Of a DNA stretch of 64,000 nucleotides, positions 48,295 through 58,036 are shown piece after piece (position 1 is the stretch's first letter; each line of letters begins with the position of its first letter). Source of the stretch: a bacterium (lineage in GTDB: Bacteria; Bacillota_I; Bacilli_A; RFN20; CAG-826); the NCBI GenBank assembly GCA_963638555.1, contig CAVHQU010000001.1:169309-233308 (forward strand), given 5' to 3'. A model generated the notes under the pieces. That model did not search any database. It saw only the letters and a list, made by a program, of their open reading frames with translations, and had not been told where the DNA came from. Position numbers and translations under genes: made by a program.

Positions 48295-48302
48295 GAATTC
48301 AA

Positions 48303-49112
48303 TTATTTCTCAATAACCATAACATTTACTCTGCCTGTTGCAACAGTGCGCGCATCTAAGGCGATAATCTTGTTTTTATCGTCTTTGAATATAGGATTTG
48401 TTTTAGCAACTTCTTCGTTAAAAGAGTCTGGAGCGAGATATCGATAGAATGCTGAAGAATGCCAATGGCCAACAACTAAAGTTTTGCCTTTAGCCTCTTC
48501 GGGATTGAAATATCCTTCTAAATACATAATATATGGGCAACCCCATGCTGCGTTTTCCCAAATCTTTTCATCAGTTTGGTTTCTCCAATTTGGATCGTAT
48601 TTAAAACCAAAAAACGTACATTGCGTATCAAGTCTATCCATATTCTTTAAAGGAATAAATGAGTGAACAAAAATAAGGTTATCTAATTCAAAATAGTTAA
48701 CCCATTCATCAGAAAACATCCAATCAACTATTTCTTTGATTATTCTTGCGTGCAAGTGATTAGAAAGAAAAGATGGTCCACATTCCTCCGGATCCAACTT
48801 ATAATTGCCTGCTTCGAGAAATTGAAAAAATGTTTTGCTAGTCCCATTGGTGTTATCCCATATATCAGGATATTTTTTATGCGATAATTCTCTAAATAGA
48901 TATTCATGATTTCCTCTAATTAGAATTCTTCTATCTCTAGGCAAAGTTTTAATCCATTTATAGAGCTTCACCGCTTCATTGCCTCTATCAAAAAGATCAC
49001 CGCAAATAATAATTTTATGTTCTGGATTTTCTCTATCAAATCCAGCTTCTGATAAAGCCTTCATATATATTGAGAAGAATCCATGAATATCACTGGAAAC
49101 GAAGTATTTCAT
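48303..49112 (-). CDS. Calcineurin-like metallophosphoesterase
   Basis: 'VSSDIHGFF', 'ICGDLFDRG', 'GNHE' metallophosphatase motifs. Confidence 0.85.
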   Translation of the reverse strand: MKYFVSSDIHGFFSIYMKALSEAGFDRENPEHKIIICGDLFDRGNEAVKLYKWIKTLPRDRRILIRGNHEYLFRELSHKKYPDIWDNTNGTSKTFFQFLEAGNYKLDPEECGPSFLSNHLHARIIKEIVDWMFSDEWVNYFELDNLIFVHSFIPLKNMDRLDTQCTFFGFKYDPNWRNQTDEKIWENAAWGCPYIMYLEGYFNPEEAKGKTLVVGHWHSSAFYRYLAPDSFNEEVAKTNPIFKDDKNKIIALDARTVATGRVNVMVIEK

Positions 49113-49139
49113 ATATACGTACCCCTTGTTTTTATATTT

Positions 49140-50282
49140 TTATAAGTTGTTAAAAAGTCTTTCAAAAAGTTCTTTCCAAGAATTTTCAATGTTTTTTTCT
49201 TGGTATTTTTCTGCAAATTCATATGTGCTTCGTTTAAGGGATTGAAGCTTGTCTTTGTCTTTTAAGAGTTCAATTATCTTATTAGCAAAAGCATCTGGAT
49301 CATTTGAATCAATAACATAACCGTTAATATCATTTTTTATTACGGAACTCGTTGGGTCGCCCATCTCTTTCCAAATAGTTGGAACTGAGAGAGTATTGGC
49401 CTCAATAACAGTTAAAGGGAAACCTTCAAATTTAGATGTAATTAAATAAAGATCGCTTTCTAGATAATGAGGTTCTAATTGAGATATGCCTGATATCAAA
49501 TGAACGTTTTTTAGATTATTTTCTTTGATATAGTTTTCCATTTTTGGCTTCATGCTGCCATTACCATATATGTTAAAAACATACTTGAAACCTTTTTCAT
49601 CTAGAGATTTAGCCACCTTTAGTAACATCATCGGATCTTTTTGATCTTCGAACCTGCAAGCGCTCATGATGGTGTTGCTATGATATTCAAAATTCTCTTT
49701 TCTTTTAAATCTTGATGGATTGTAGATTACTGAACTAGGAAGTTTGTTATCTTTATCGATTGCTTTTCTGGTCGCATCAGTAAGAAAAATGTAATAAGAA
49801 GGTTTCTTCGATAAGCATCTGAATATTTTTGAAACAAACGATTTATATAATTTTGAGTTGAAATGAAAATGCTGAACAATAAATCTGTTTTTTGGTGCAA
49901 ACAAAAGAAGCTCTTGGCTAGCAAAAACGAAAATATCATCTTTGCTTGACATCTTTTCTAGCTTTTTTCTCCATTTGAATCTTCCAAACGTATATTCATG
50001 AAGACACGTAAATAGAAGTTTTAAGGCTTTAAGATAATGATGGTCATTCCATTTCTTGCCAAAATTAGAATCCAATTGAGATATTTCATCTTTAAAAGAA
50101 ATATCTTCCAAAACGATGTTCTTGGGAAGATCGTATTTTATTTTTTCTCTATCTATTTTAGAAAACGGAATGAGGTGAATCTCATAATCATTCTCTAACA
50201 TCCTAATAATTTGGAGGGTAACCATTTCGGTTCCTCCAATATTATTAAGTTGTTGAATGCACCAATAGATTTTTTTCTTCAT
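49140..50282 (-). CDS. Glycosyltransferase family 4 (GT-B, group 1)
   Basis: C-terminal 'SKFEGFPLTVIEANTLSVPTI' GT4 E-x7-E motif region. Confidence 0.8.
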   Translation of the reverse strand: MKKKIYWCIQQLNNIGGTEMVTLQIIRMLENDYEIHLIPFSKIDREKIKYDLPKNIVLEDISFKDEISQLDSNFGKKWNDHHYLKALKLLFTCLHEYTFGRFKWRKKLEKMSSKDDIFVFASQELLLFAPKNRFIVQHFHFNSKLYKSFVSKIFRCLSKKPSYYIFLTDATRKAIDKDNKLPSSVIYNPSRFKRKENFEYHSNTIMSACRFEDQKDPMMLLKVAKSLDEKGFKYVFNIYGNGSMKPKMENYIKENNLKNVHLISGISQLEPHYLESDLYLITSKFEGFPLTVIEANTLSVPTIWKEMGDPTSSVIKNDINGYVIDSNDPDAFANKIIELLKDKDKLQSLKRSTYEFAEKYQEKNIENSWKELFERLFNNL

Positions 50283-50323
50283 GAAGATATTATACTAAAT
50301 ATTCTCAGTCTTTACCCTTAAAT

Positions 50324-51601
50324 CTACACACGCACCCCTTCTTTTTGATATTTATCCTTAATTTTTATAATTTGAGAACGCGCAAGAATTTCTTTCTTAG
50401 CAAGCTCATGAGCGAGTTCATCTAAGAATGGGCGATTATCAATTAACATTTGTTTTGTTTTAGCATAGAAAACGTTCATCTCATGTGCAATGAGGTTGTT
50501 TTGCTTAGTCTTCAAATCTTCCGAAGCCGTCCTACCATCACAAATCATTGCATCAAATCCGTAAGCGCCAAGCGTTGGATATCTATGGAGAATTCTATAA
50601 GCTCTATCAACGTCGCTTTCGACACCCATATCTTCTTCGCCATAAACGATTTCAGTCGCAGCCTTGCCAGCTAATAAAGCCATAACTCTGTTATCCATAT
50701 TAGATTTATATGCCCAATAATCGTCCGGATTGCTCAAAGAAGTGAAACCAGCATTATCGCTATAATGGTTCTTAATAGTAAGAAGATTAACGCATCCAGG
50801 ATTGAGAATTTCAGCAATAACAGCATGCCCCGCTTCGTGATAAGCCGTTCTTAAGGCGACTTCTGGTGAATATCCACTTTCGCCTTCTGGAGCGCGGTAA
50901 ATGATTCTCATACATGCGTTAATGATATCCTCTTCTTCAATCGCTTTTTTATTGTTATACCCAGCATACAGTCCAGCAAGATTAATTACACTTTCAAGTT
51001 CAGCGCATGAATGACCGCTTAATAATCTAGCAATGTCCTCTGGGTTAATTCCTTCAACGTGGACCTTATTCGATAAATAATACTTAACGATTCCCGTTGC
51101 TTCATCAGTTCTAGGGGCATCAACTTTTATGACAGTATCAAACCTTCCAGCACGGATTAGAGAATCAGGAAGAGATTCCAGTGAATTTGTTGTAGCAAGA
51201 ACAAACACGCCTTTGTTTTTTACTTCATCAATGCAAGATTGAACAGTAATGTATTCCTCTGCGTTGCGGTGAAAATCATCTTCATTGGCGAACTTATCCA
51301 TATCATCCAAGAAGACAATAGATGGAGCATTCTCTAAAGCCAAATTGAATGCATTTCTAATTTGATTAACAAACTCTCCATCAGATTTATCTTTTCTACA
51401 CGTATATGCCTTTAACCCAGATTCTTCAATAAAGCAATTTGCCATGAGAGTTTTGCCAAGTCCTGGTTCACCATCTAATAACAATCCTTGTGAAAGGGTT
51501 ATTCCTAATTCTTCGTATTTCTTTCTGTTCTTAATTGAATCGCAAAGCCTTGCTAATTCTTTTTTGATTGATGAATAGCCAATAATTTTTTCAAAGCCCA
51601 T
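50324..51601 (-). CDS. Soluble FtsH-like AAA+ ATPase fused to M41 zinc-metallopeptidase domain (no transmembrane region)
   Basis: Walker A 'GEPGLGKT', Walker B 'VFLDDMD', SRH; 'TAYHEAGHAVIAEIL' HExxH and downstream 'AGKAATEIVYGEE...SDVDRA' match the FtsH protease domain; no N-terminal hydrophobic helices. Confidence 0.75.
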   Translation of the reverse strand: MGFEKIIGYSSIKKELARLCDSIKNRKKYEELGITLSQGLLLDGEPGLGKTLMANCFIEESGLKAYTCRKDKSDGEFVNQIRNAFNLALENAPSIVFLDDMDKFANEDDFHRNAEEYITVQSCIDEVKNKGVFVLATTNSLESLPDSLIRAGRFDTVIKVDAPRTDEATGIVKYYLSNKVHVEGINPEDIARLLSGHSCAELESVINLAGLYAGYNNKKAIEEEDIINACMRIIYRAPEGESGYSPEVALRTAYHEAGHAVIAEILNPGCVNLLTIKNHYSDNAGFTSLSNPDDYWAYKSNMDNRVMALLAGKAATEIVYGEEDMGVESDVDRAYRILHRYPTLGAYGFDAMICDGRTASEDLKTKQNNLIAHEMNVFYAKTKQMLIDNRPFLDELAHELAKKEILARSQIIKIKDKYQKEGVRV

Positions 51602-52093
51602 AATATTGTTCCTTTCTTAATTATCAATGTAGACGCATGAATAAAGTCGTTGCTGAAAATTAGGTTTTATAACCTTTATTGCTGTTATCTTTATCAGTAA
51701 GTGTATTTTCTGAATTTTGAGGTTGTTAACTTTAGCCTACTCAATAGTGTTATCAAGCATTCGCCTTAACAATAACTTCATACCCCCTCTTCAATAACAT
51801 TAAAGTGAAATGTTTGGTAATACTAAAAAATAATCAACAAATACTATTATCAAGTAAACTACATTTAGTCGATTAACCCGCTGTAGTGTGTAGTATTGGG
51901 TTTTGATCGATGTGGCTATAAGTATAGTTGTAGGTTAATATTTTGTCAATCTATGAACGTGATTAAAATAATATAATAAATTTATTTATTATATTTTTTT
52001 AAATGTTTTCATTATAACGACCGTTTAGCGCATAAAGAAAGGTGAGCAAATTTTCTTCGTCTCTTATATGTCTTTTTTTAATTTATTGCAGGA

Positions 52094-53389
52094 TTAATTT
52101 TTCAAACAACTGATAGGAACAACACAAACCCCATCTTCTCTTCTATAGCATGAACCATGACTCGTTAAAACCATTTTAAATTTTGGCGCCTCATGATTGC
52201 TAGCTACAACCCTTTTCTCAAATAATTTTAAAGAATTAGCTCCTTTTTCTATATTATCGGGGTCTGCCAATTTAATTTCTATTGCACCATATTTGCCATT
52301 TGGCAATTCAACAATGGCGTCTACTTCTTGCCCACTGCTGTCTCTATAGTGTTTAATCGTTGCATCTATAGACTCGGAATATACAGATAAATCTCTGATT
52401 GCAAAATCTTCGAAGAATAAGCCAAATGAATTTAAGTCATTCAGTAGATCGCTTGGATTTATCCCTAAACAAGCAGCCGCAATAGACGTATCAATGAAAT
52501 GATGAGTTGGAGCGTTTCTAACGGAAACAGAGCTTCTCAGATTAAGATTCCAGGCAGGCATATCATAGACAATAAACAAATCCTTCAAAACTTTAACATA
52601 AGTGTCAAACGTATCTTCATCTAGTTTTGATCTATTCCCAGATTCAATAATATCAGATATCATTTTCGTCTTTTTGGCTTGTGTAGATATATTTCTTGCA
52701 TATGATTTTAAAATTAAAGTCAACAGATCAATATTTTTACCTTTTAAAAATAGCGAAAAATCATCATTCTCATCTTCAATCGTGAATAAACCTTTATAAT
52801 AGTTTTTAGTGATACGTATCGCTTGTTCCGGATTGCTAACCTTGCTGGCCAAAGGCCATCCTCCCCTGCAAATTAGATTTGCAATATCGCTCAACGAAAT
52901 AGAATTGTCATAGTCAAATAAATTTTTAAATTCATAATCGTTCTCTTCAAAAAGAGACCTCAAAGAAACAATTCCAAGTGATTCTCCAGACTCATATAAA
53001 GTAAAAGGCTTGAGCGTCATTGAAACTATTCTTCCAGCGCCAGAATGTTGTATTTGTTGTGCACCGACTGGAGTTGTACTTCCAGTGATTATGTATTTTC
53101 CGAAAACATAATCATGGTCCAAATCGCTTTTTATGTAATTCCATATGTCAGGAACTTTTTGCCATTCATCAATCAAATGCGGATACTCGCCAACCAGTGC
53201 GCATCTTGGGTCAGCTTTCGCTAATCCAATGGCATTGGCCGTCTTCAATTCGGTAATCGATTTAGCGTATTGGGTACACATTGTTGATTTTCCGCAAAAT
53301 TTTGGCCCTGTCACCAAAACACAGCCCATTGAACTCAAATTTAATTTCAACGCATCTTCTGCAAGTCTTTTTATATATCTATCTGCCAT
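52094..53389 (-). CDS. AAA-superfamily ATPase with C-terminal DUF4143-type domain
   Basis: Walker A 'VTGPKFCGKST'; ~430 aa architecture typical of 'ATP-binding protein' AAA_14+DUF4143 family. Confidence 0.7.
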   Translation of the reverse strand: MADRYIKRLAEDALKLNLSSMGCVLVTGPKFCGKSTMCTQYAKSITELKTANAIGLAKADPRCALVGEYPHLIDEWQKVPDIWNYIKSDLDHDYVFGKYIITGSTTPVGAQQIQHSGAGRIVSMTLKPFTLYESGESLGIVSLRSLFEENDYEFKNLFDYDNSISLSDIANLICRGGWPLASKVSNPEQAIRITKNYYKGLFTIEDENDDFSLFLKGKNIDLLTLILKSYARNISTQAKKTKMISDIIESGNRSKLDEDTFDTYVKVLKDLFIVYDMPAWNLNLRSSVSVRNAPTHHFIDTSIAAACLGINPSDLLNDLNSFGLFFEDFAIRDLSVYSESIDATIKHYRDSSGQEVDAIVELPNGKYGAIEIKLADPDNIEKGANSLKLFEKRVVASNHEAPKFKMVLTSHGSCYRREDGVCVVPISCLKN

Positions 53390-53440
53390 ATAAGCACCTC
53401 ACATAAAAATTATATTCCTATCTCACTGATAAACAATATT

Positions 53441-53509
53441 ATTTTCGGTGTTTTGAAACTTTTATTTTCGGTGTTTTGAAACTTTTATTTTCGGTGTTTT
53501 GAAACTTTT
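53441..53509. repeat. Perfect 3 x 23-bp direct tandem repeat (attttcggtgttttgaaactttt)
   Basis: Read directly; lies in the promoter region of the minus-strand ATPase gene 52094..53389. Confidence 0.95.
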
Positions 53510-53517
53510 AAATCATT

Positions 53518-53546
53518 AAAAAAGAAAAAAGCTCGTTGACCGAGCT
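53518..53546 (-). terminator. Rho-independent terminator ending the 59.2->53.5 kb minus-strand operon
   Basis: agctcg-ttgac-cgagct hairpin followed (minus strand) by TTTTTTCTTTTT. Confidence 0.75.
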
Positions 53547-53548
53547 TA

Positions 53549-54250
53549 TCATTTCTTGAAATCTTCGTTTACTTTTTTCTCTACTTCATTGCAAATAACT
53601 TGTAATGAGCAGGAATGGCAATCCATTTTTACCTTATTCATCAAATGATCTAACGCTTTAGTAATGTTTTCACATTTCGTTACAATTGCGCTTAGCTCAT
53701 CGTATTTGTATTCATCAAAAGTAACAAAGATTGTCTTAACATTTTTAACAAAAGGGAGTTCTTTGTATTTGGAAATGAAATAATTTCCAAGCTTAGAAAA
53801 ATCTAAATGATCTTTTTTTAAAGAATTTTTAGAAACCAGAAGGCTTTCTTTTTTATTGAAAGCGGATTCTCTAACCATAACACCATCATAAGCAAAATGA
53901 TATTTCACATAGTCAAACTTACGAATGCTGTTATAAAGGACGTTTCCAGAGCCCATAAGGTCGTTATTAACGCTTGCAACGGTAATCCTCGCATAATTCC
54001 CATCGCCGTTAATTGAATTCAAATCTTGACCTATTAGAAGAATCTCATCATCGAATTCAGAATCAGTTAATAAATCGAGAACAACCCCTTTAAATTGGCT
54101 TGCACCTAATTCAAAGGCTTTTTCATTGCTGAAAATTAGTTGATTGTTATTCTCAATAAATGTTTGATTTTGATTGAGAGTTAGTCTTTTTGCTTCGTAT
54201 TTATTGTTGATTTCATTAACGTCATTAACTAAATCATCAAAAATAAACAT
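53549..54250 (-). CDS. Hypothetical protein with C-terminal CxxC motif
   Basis: 233 aa; 'DCHSCSLQVIC' near C-terminus; last gene of the HgdCAB-like operon; no family recognised. Confidence 0.5.
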   Translation of the reverse strand: MFIFDDLVNDVNEINNKYEAKRLTLNQNQTFIENNNQLIFSNEKAFELGASQFKGVVLDLLTDSEFDDEILLIGQDLNSINGDGNYARITVASVNNDLMGSGNVLYNSIRKFDYVKYHFAYDGVMVRESAFNKKESLLVSKNSLKKDHLDFSKLGNYFISKYKELPFVKNVKTIFVTFDEYKYDELSAIVTKCENITKALDHLMNKVKMDCHSCSLQVICNEVEKKVNEDFKK

Positions 54251-54252
54251 AA

Positions 54253-54471
54253 CTAGATTTTACGGTTTCTTTTCTTCTTGTCGTAGATCTTTGTTAAAAG
54301 AGGCTCCAAAGAAGAAGTTAATTTCATATCTAAGTTGAAGAAATAGATAATGAACAATAAGCCAAAGAGAGCAATGAATGCGCCAATGACCGTGCAAAGG
54401 ATGCTAATCCACAAAGCCCAGTTCAGATATGGGAAAAGTGTCCAGCTTAAGACAATTAAAGCGGTACCCAT
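54253..54471 (-). CDS. Small 2-TM membrane protein (72 aa)
   Basis: Two hydrophobic helices + basic tail KKKRNRKI; tightly packed between activase gene and 53549..54250. Confidence 0.5.
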   Translation of the reverse strand: MGTALIVLSWTLFPYLNWALWISILCTVIGAFIALFGLLFIIYFFNLDMKLTSSLEPLLTKIYDKKKRNRKI

Positions 54472-54473
54472 AT

Positions 54474-55280
54474 TTATCTTCCTCCTGCTAAGCCTTTTTG
54501 ACGGGCATATTCAGCAGCACCTAAAGCGCCCATTAATTGAGGATCGATAGGGAGGTTGACAACCTTTAAGTGTAAAACCTTTTCAATCGCGTCTTTTAAG
54601 CCATCGTTTTTAGCACAGCCACCAGTTAAGGTAATGTTATCAACTGCTCCAGCTTTCTTTGCCATGACGAAGCATCTTTTTGCAACTGAGAATTCAATGC
54701 CTGCAGCAATTTCGTCCATTGGTTTTCCTTCACCAACTAATGAGATAACTTCGGATTCAGCAAAAACCGTGCATTGAGCAGTGATAGGAATAATATTCTT
54801 TGCTTTCAAAGAAAGTTTTGAGAAAGTGTCTAAATCCATCTCGAAGGCTCTAGACATCGCTTCAAAGAATCTTCCTGTGCCAGCAGCGCATTTATCATTC
54901 ATAGCGAAATTAAGGACTGTTCCATCCGTATCAACGGCAATGCCTTTAACGTCTTGCCCACCAATATCAATAATTGCTTTGACGTTTGGATCAGTAACGT
55001 GGACACCCATCGCGTGGCAGGAAATCTCAGAAATATTTTCATCCGCAAAAGGAACTTTGTTTCTGCCATATCCTGTGCCAACCAAGTAAGATAAGTCTTT
55101 AGGGGAATTTAATCCTTCGACTTGAACAATTGCTTGATCTAAAGCATCTTGAGCGCTTAAAACGGAATTAATTCTGCTTCTTAAGGTAACATTTGCTACC
55201 ATCTTACCAGTTTCGTCGACAATAACGCATTTTGTATAGGTACTGCCGGAATCACAACCACCAAAATATTTCATATTCAT
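54474..55280 (-). CDS. 2-hydroxyacyl-CoA dehydratase activator (HgdC/BadF/BadG/BcrA/BcrD ATPase family)
   Basis: ASKHA fold 'YFGGCDSGSTYTKCVIVD'; cluster-ligand motif 'NDKCAAGTGRFFE' as in HgdC; ~268 aa. Confidence 0.85.
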   Translation of the reverse strand: MNMKYFGGCDSGSTYTKCVIVDETGKMVANVTLRSRINSVLSAQDALDQAIVQVEGLNSPKDLSYLVGTGYGRNKVPFADENISEISCHAMGVHVTDPNVKAIIDIGGQDVKGIAVDTDGTVLNFAMNDKCAAGTGRFFEAMSRAFEMDLDTFSKLSLKAKNIIPITAQCTVFAESEVISLVGEGKPMDEIAAGIEFSVAKRCFVMAKKAGAVDNITLTGGCAKNDGLKDAIEKVLHLKVVNLPIDPQLMGALGAAEYARQKGLAGGR

Positions 55281-55288
55281 TTATCTCC

Positions 55289-56836
55289 TTACCATGATTT
55301 TGCATCATCAATAACTTCTAAGCTTGGATCAACAGGTTCTTCTCTCATGACAGAGCGCATATATCTGTTAACTTGATCCCTAACGCCTTGTTTAGAAATG
55401 ACACGTGGGTCCATTAAATCGTGATCGACCCAAACGAGTTTGATACCATGTTCTCTAGCACGTTGTTCAAACATACCATGCATGCCATCGAGAGCTTTAC
55501 AAGAAATGTGTTCCCACAGAATAACCATATCGGCCTTGTAGTAATCGCAGAACTTCCAAAGATCATCAAGTAAGACTTCATAGCCACCATGGGTTCTGTT
55601 TCTCATAATCATCTCTTCATAAAGTTTAGCGATATCGTATATTGCTTGTTCAGGATCATCTTCTGAAATCTCGTCAAAGTAGCAGAGAGAAAGCATATCG
55701 ACTAATGGAACGATTCCCCAGCAGTTTTGAAGCCATGGGAGGAAGTCCGTATAGAATTGAGATTGAACGCCCCAGATGATTGCTCTATGACGCATCTCTT
55801 TGCAAACCATTGCTTTTCTCTTATAAGCTTTTTCAGCAAGCTTTGTAATCTTTCTATCAGCCTTAACGAAGTCATCGGAGCGACCGGCAACAGCCATGTA
55901 TGTTGTTTCAGAATATAAAGCTAAGTTAGCACCAAAGACTTGTGGGTAATCCGTTCTAGACATTTCCATCCAGGATTTACGAAGCCTTGTTTCTTCGTTG
56001 AAGCGTTTAGCACATTTGAAATAGTTATCCCAATTCCATTTTTCACCAGTTTTTTCTTCAATGAATTTGATAGCGTTTCTGATTTCTTGTGCAGCATATT
56101 CTTGAACGCCTTCTTCAGTATGTCTAAGAGGTGCAGCAATTTGGAAAGTAGGAACACCAAATTCTTCATATTTTTTACCCATGATGCCATTTCCCATCAA
56201 AGATCCATCACATGTTGTGTTACATTGAACGGCGCATGCGCCATAAATTGGCATATCTTCGTCAACTGCGCAGCCAGCTTCAGCGGCAGGCATTGGGCAA
56301 ACGTCGCCAGGAATACCCATTTCCTGAAGAACATCAAGATAGTGAGTGACAGCCATTGGATTTAATAAGACAGAGACATATACGGCTGCAGTTTCCCAAC
56401 TAACAGCATATAAGTTAGGGAAACCACACATGACGTGGAACATTTCGTTTTCATCAAGAACAACGCATTTCTTAGAGAATTTTTCATTATTTCCACATCT
56501 TTTATCTGCTTTGAATACTCTCGTTAAAAGTTGAGCAATATCTAGAGCAACCAAATCATATTCAGTATGAGCGATTCTAAGTGCTTCCTTTCTCAAACCC
56601 GTCGTATGTTTATCAATCATCATCGGGACAGCTAGATAGTTAAGCATCCATCTGTATCTAAAGAAACCTTTTAAATTATTTGGCTTAACGATGAATTTAG
56701 CCAACATCCACATGATTTTAAGCCAGCATCTGAAGTCATAGAAAGTGTCTACGAAGCCTCTCCACTCTCTTCTCTTTCTGACTTTTTTTCCGTTATAAAG
56801 CTTTCCTAAGGCTTCGGAACCTACTTTTGCTCCCAT
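55289..56836 (-). CDS. 2-hydroxyacyl-CoA dehydratase / benzoyl-CoA-reductase-like D-component, large (HgdA-like) subunit
   Basis: 515 aa; HGD-D family hallmarks (Cys-rich 'CPMPAAEAGCAVD...ACAVQCNTTCDGS', 'KFCDYYK'); shares its stop/start position with the next gene. Confidence 0.75.
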   Translation of the reverse strand: MGAKVGSEALGKLYNGKKVRKRREWRGFVDTFYDFRCWLKIMWMLAKFIVKPNNLKGFFRYRWMLNYLAVPMMIDKHTTGLRKEALRIAHTEYDLVALDIAQLLTRVFKADKRCGNNEKFSKKCVVLDENEMFHVMCGFPNLYAVSWETAAVYVSVLLNPMAVTHYLDVLQEMGIPGDVCPMPAAEAGCAVDEDMPIYGACAVQCNTTCDGSLMGNGIMGKKYEEFGVPTFQIAAPLRHTEEGVQEYAAQEIRNAIKFIEEKTGEKWNWDNYFKCAKRFNEETRLRKSWMEMSRTDYPQVFGANLALYSETTYMAVAGRSDDFVKADRKITKLAEKAYKRKAMVCKEMRHRAIIWGVQSQFYTDFLPWLQNCWGIVPLVDMLSLCYFDEISEDDPEQAIYDIAKLYEEMIMRNRTHGGYEVLLDDLWKFCDYYKADMVILWEHISCKALDGMHGMFEQRAREHGIKLVWVDHDLMDPRVISKQGVRDQVNRYMRSVMREEPVDPSLEVIDDAKSW

Positions 56837-58026
56837 TATTTTTTGCCTCCTTGAATCTTCTTAATCTCAATGCTTTCAACGAAAGCTTGAACTCTGGTTC
56901 TAATTTGTCCAGATGAACCAACAGCATATGGTCTATCAATAGAGAGAACAGGGTAGTTGTAATCGTCTCTAAGCATATGGGTGCCAGTCATTCTTTCGTA
57001 TGCCCATGGGTCACAGAATTTCATTTGCTCATAAATAATTCCATCGGCATGGTAATCTTTAGCAATTTGATTAACATATTCTTTTCTTTGTCTGAATTTT
57101 GGAAGATTCATATGGCGTGGGCACATGCATGAATGCATGTATTGGGCACATATTTGGGTTAGTACATCTTCATTGTCGTTAAGGATGATTTCTTGTCTTC
57201 CTGGAAGAGAACCGAAACAATATCTGTCAGCAACAACAAGGGCGCCAGATTCTTCAATGAGTTTAATCATATCGACATCATCAACTTCTGATCCGACGAC
57301 AGCAACCTTTGCACGGTATTTCTTTTTTGCATCTGGAACGCGTGTTTTTACTTCTTCAAGAGTCTCCTCAAGTTTATCGATTAATAAGTAATGAGGGCAG
57401 ACGTATGTGCACATGGTGATGATATGGAACTCATATCCAGTGATACGTGGGTTCTCTTCTTTTCTAAATTCACCTAGTTCGGTTATGATGCGGCAAATCT
57501 TGTTATGCTCCTTAACTGCTTCTCTTAAAGCATCATCAGAAACGTCTATTCCAAAATGTTCATGCAAAGAGTTTAAAATCTTCTTGCGGCATTCAGAAAC
57601 GTATAAGTTCAAGCCGTTATCATCGTCCTTCATAGGAACTTCTAGATATTCGTAGAAGAAATTATCTGCTGGCATTGTTTTGAGTAATTCCATGTTTTCA
57701 ACACAGCGATTGATCATTGAACAGCCATCAGGCGTAAAAAGGCAATCAAGATATTGATATCCGCCTTCGATAGCTCTTTCTAATAACGCTCTCGTATATT
57801 CACATAAAAAGGAGGTCATATAGTATGTCCCCATCTCAAGAGAGCCGGTACGTGGAGCTCTTAAACGTGAGGAGAAGCATCCTTTGAGGTTAAGAAGAAC
57901 TTCAGGAATTTGCGAGCATGTCGTGCCAAGGCACTTAAGCCCTTCTTCTTTTGCTTGTCTTACTAGATCATTATTCGCGTTATCTAGTAATTGCTCGAAA
58001 TAATACAAATGTTTTAAATCTTTCAT
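56836..58026 (-). CDS. 2-hydroxyacyl-CoA dehydratase-like D-component, small (HgdB-like) subunit
   Basis: 396 aa; 'CLGTTC', 'MKFCDPWAYE' and other HGD-D family features. Confidence 0.75.
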   Translation of the reverse strand: MKDLKHLYYFEQLLDNANNDLVRQAKEEGLKCLGTTCSQIPEVLLNLKGCFSSRLRAPRTGSLEMGTYYMTSFLCEYTRALLERAIEGGYQYLDCLFTPDGCSMINRCVENMELLKTMPADNFFYEYLEVPMKDDDNGLNLYVSECRKKILNSLHEHFGIDVSDDALREAVKEHNKICRIITELGEFRKEENPRITGYEFHIITMCTYVCPHYLLIDKLEETLEEVKTRVPDAKKKYRAKVAVVGSEVDDVDMIKLIEESGALVVADRYCFGSLPGRQEIILNDNEDVLTQICAQYMHSCMCPRHMNLPKFRQRKEYVNQIAKDYHADGIIYEQMKFCDPWAYERMTGTHMLRDDYNYPVLSIDRPYAVGSSGQIRTRVQAFVESIEIKKIQGGKK

Positions 58027-58036
58027 TTTGACCTCC

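Noticed and set aside
53441-53509. Possible CRISPR array
   Set aside because: The three 23-bp repeats are directly contiguous with no spacers and no cas genes nearby. It is a simple tandem repeat.
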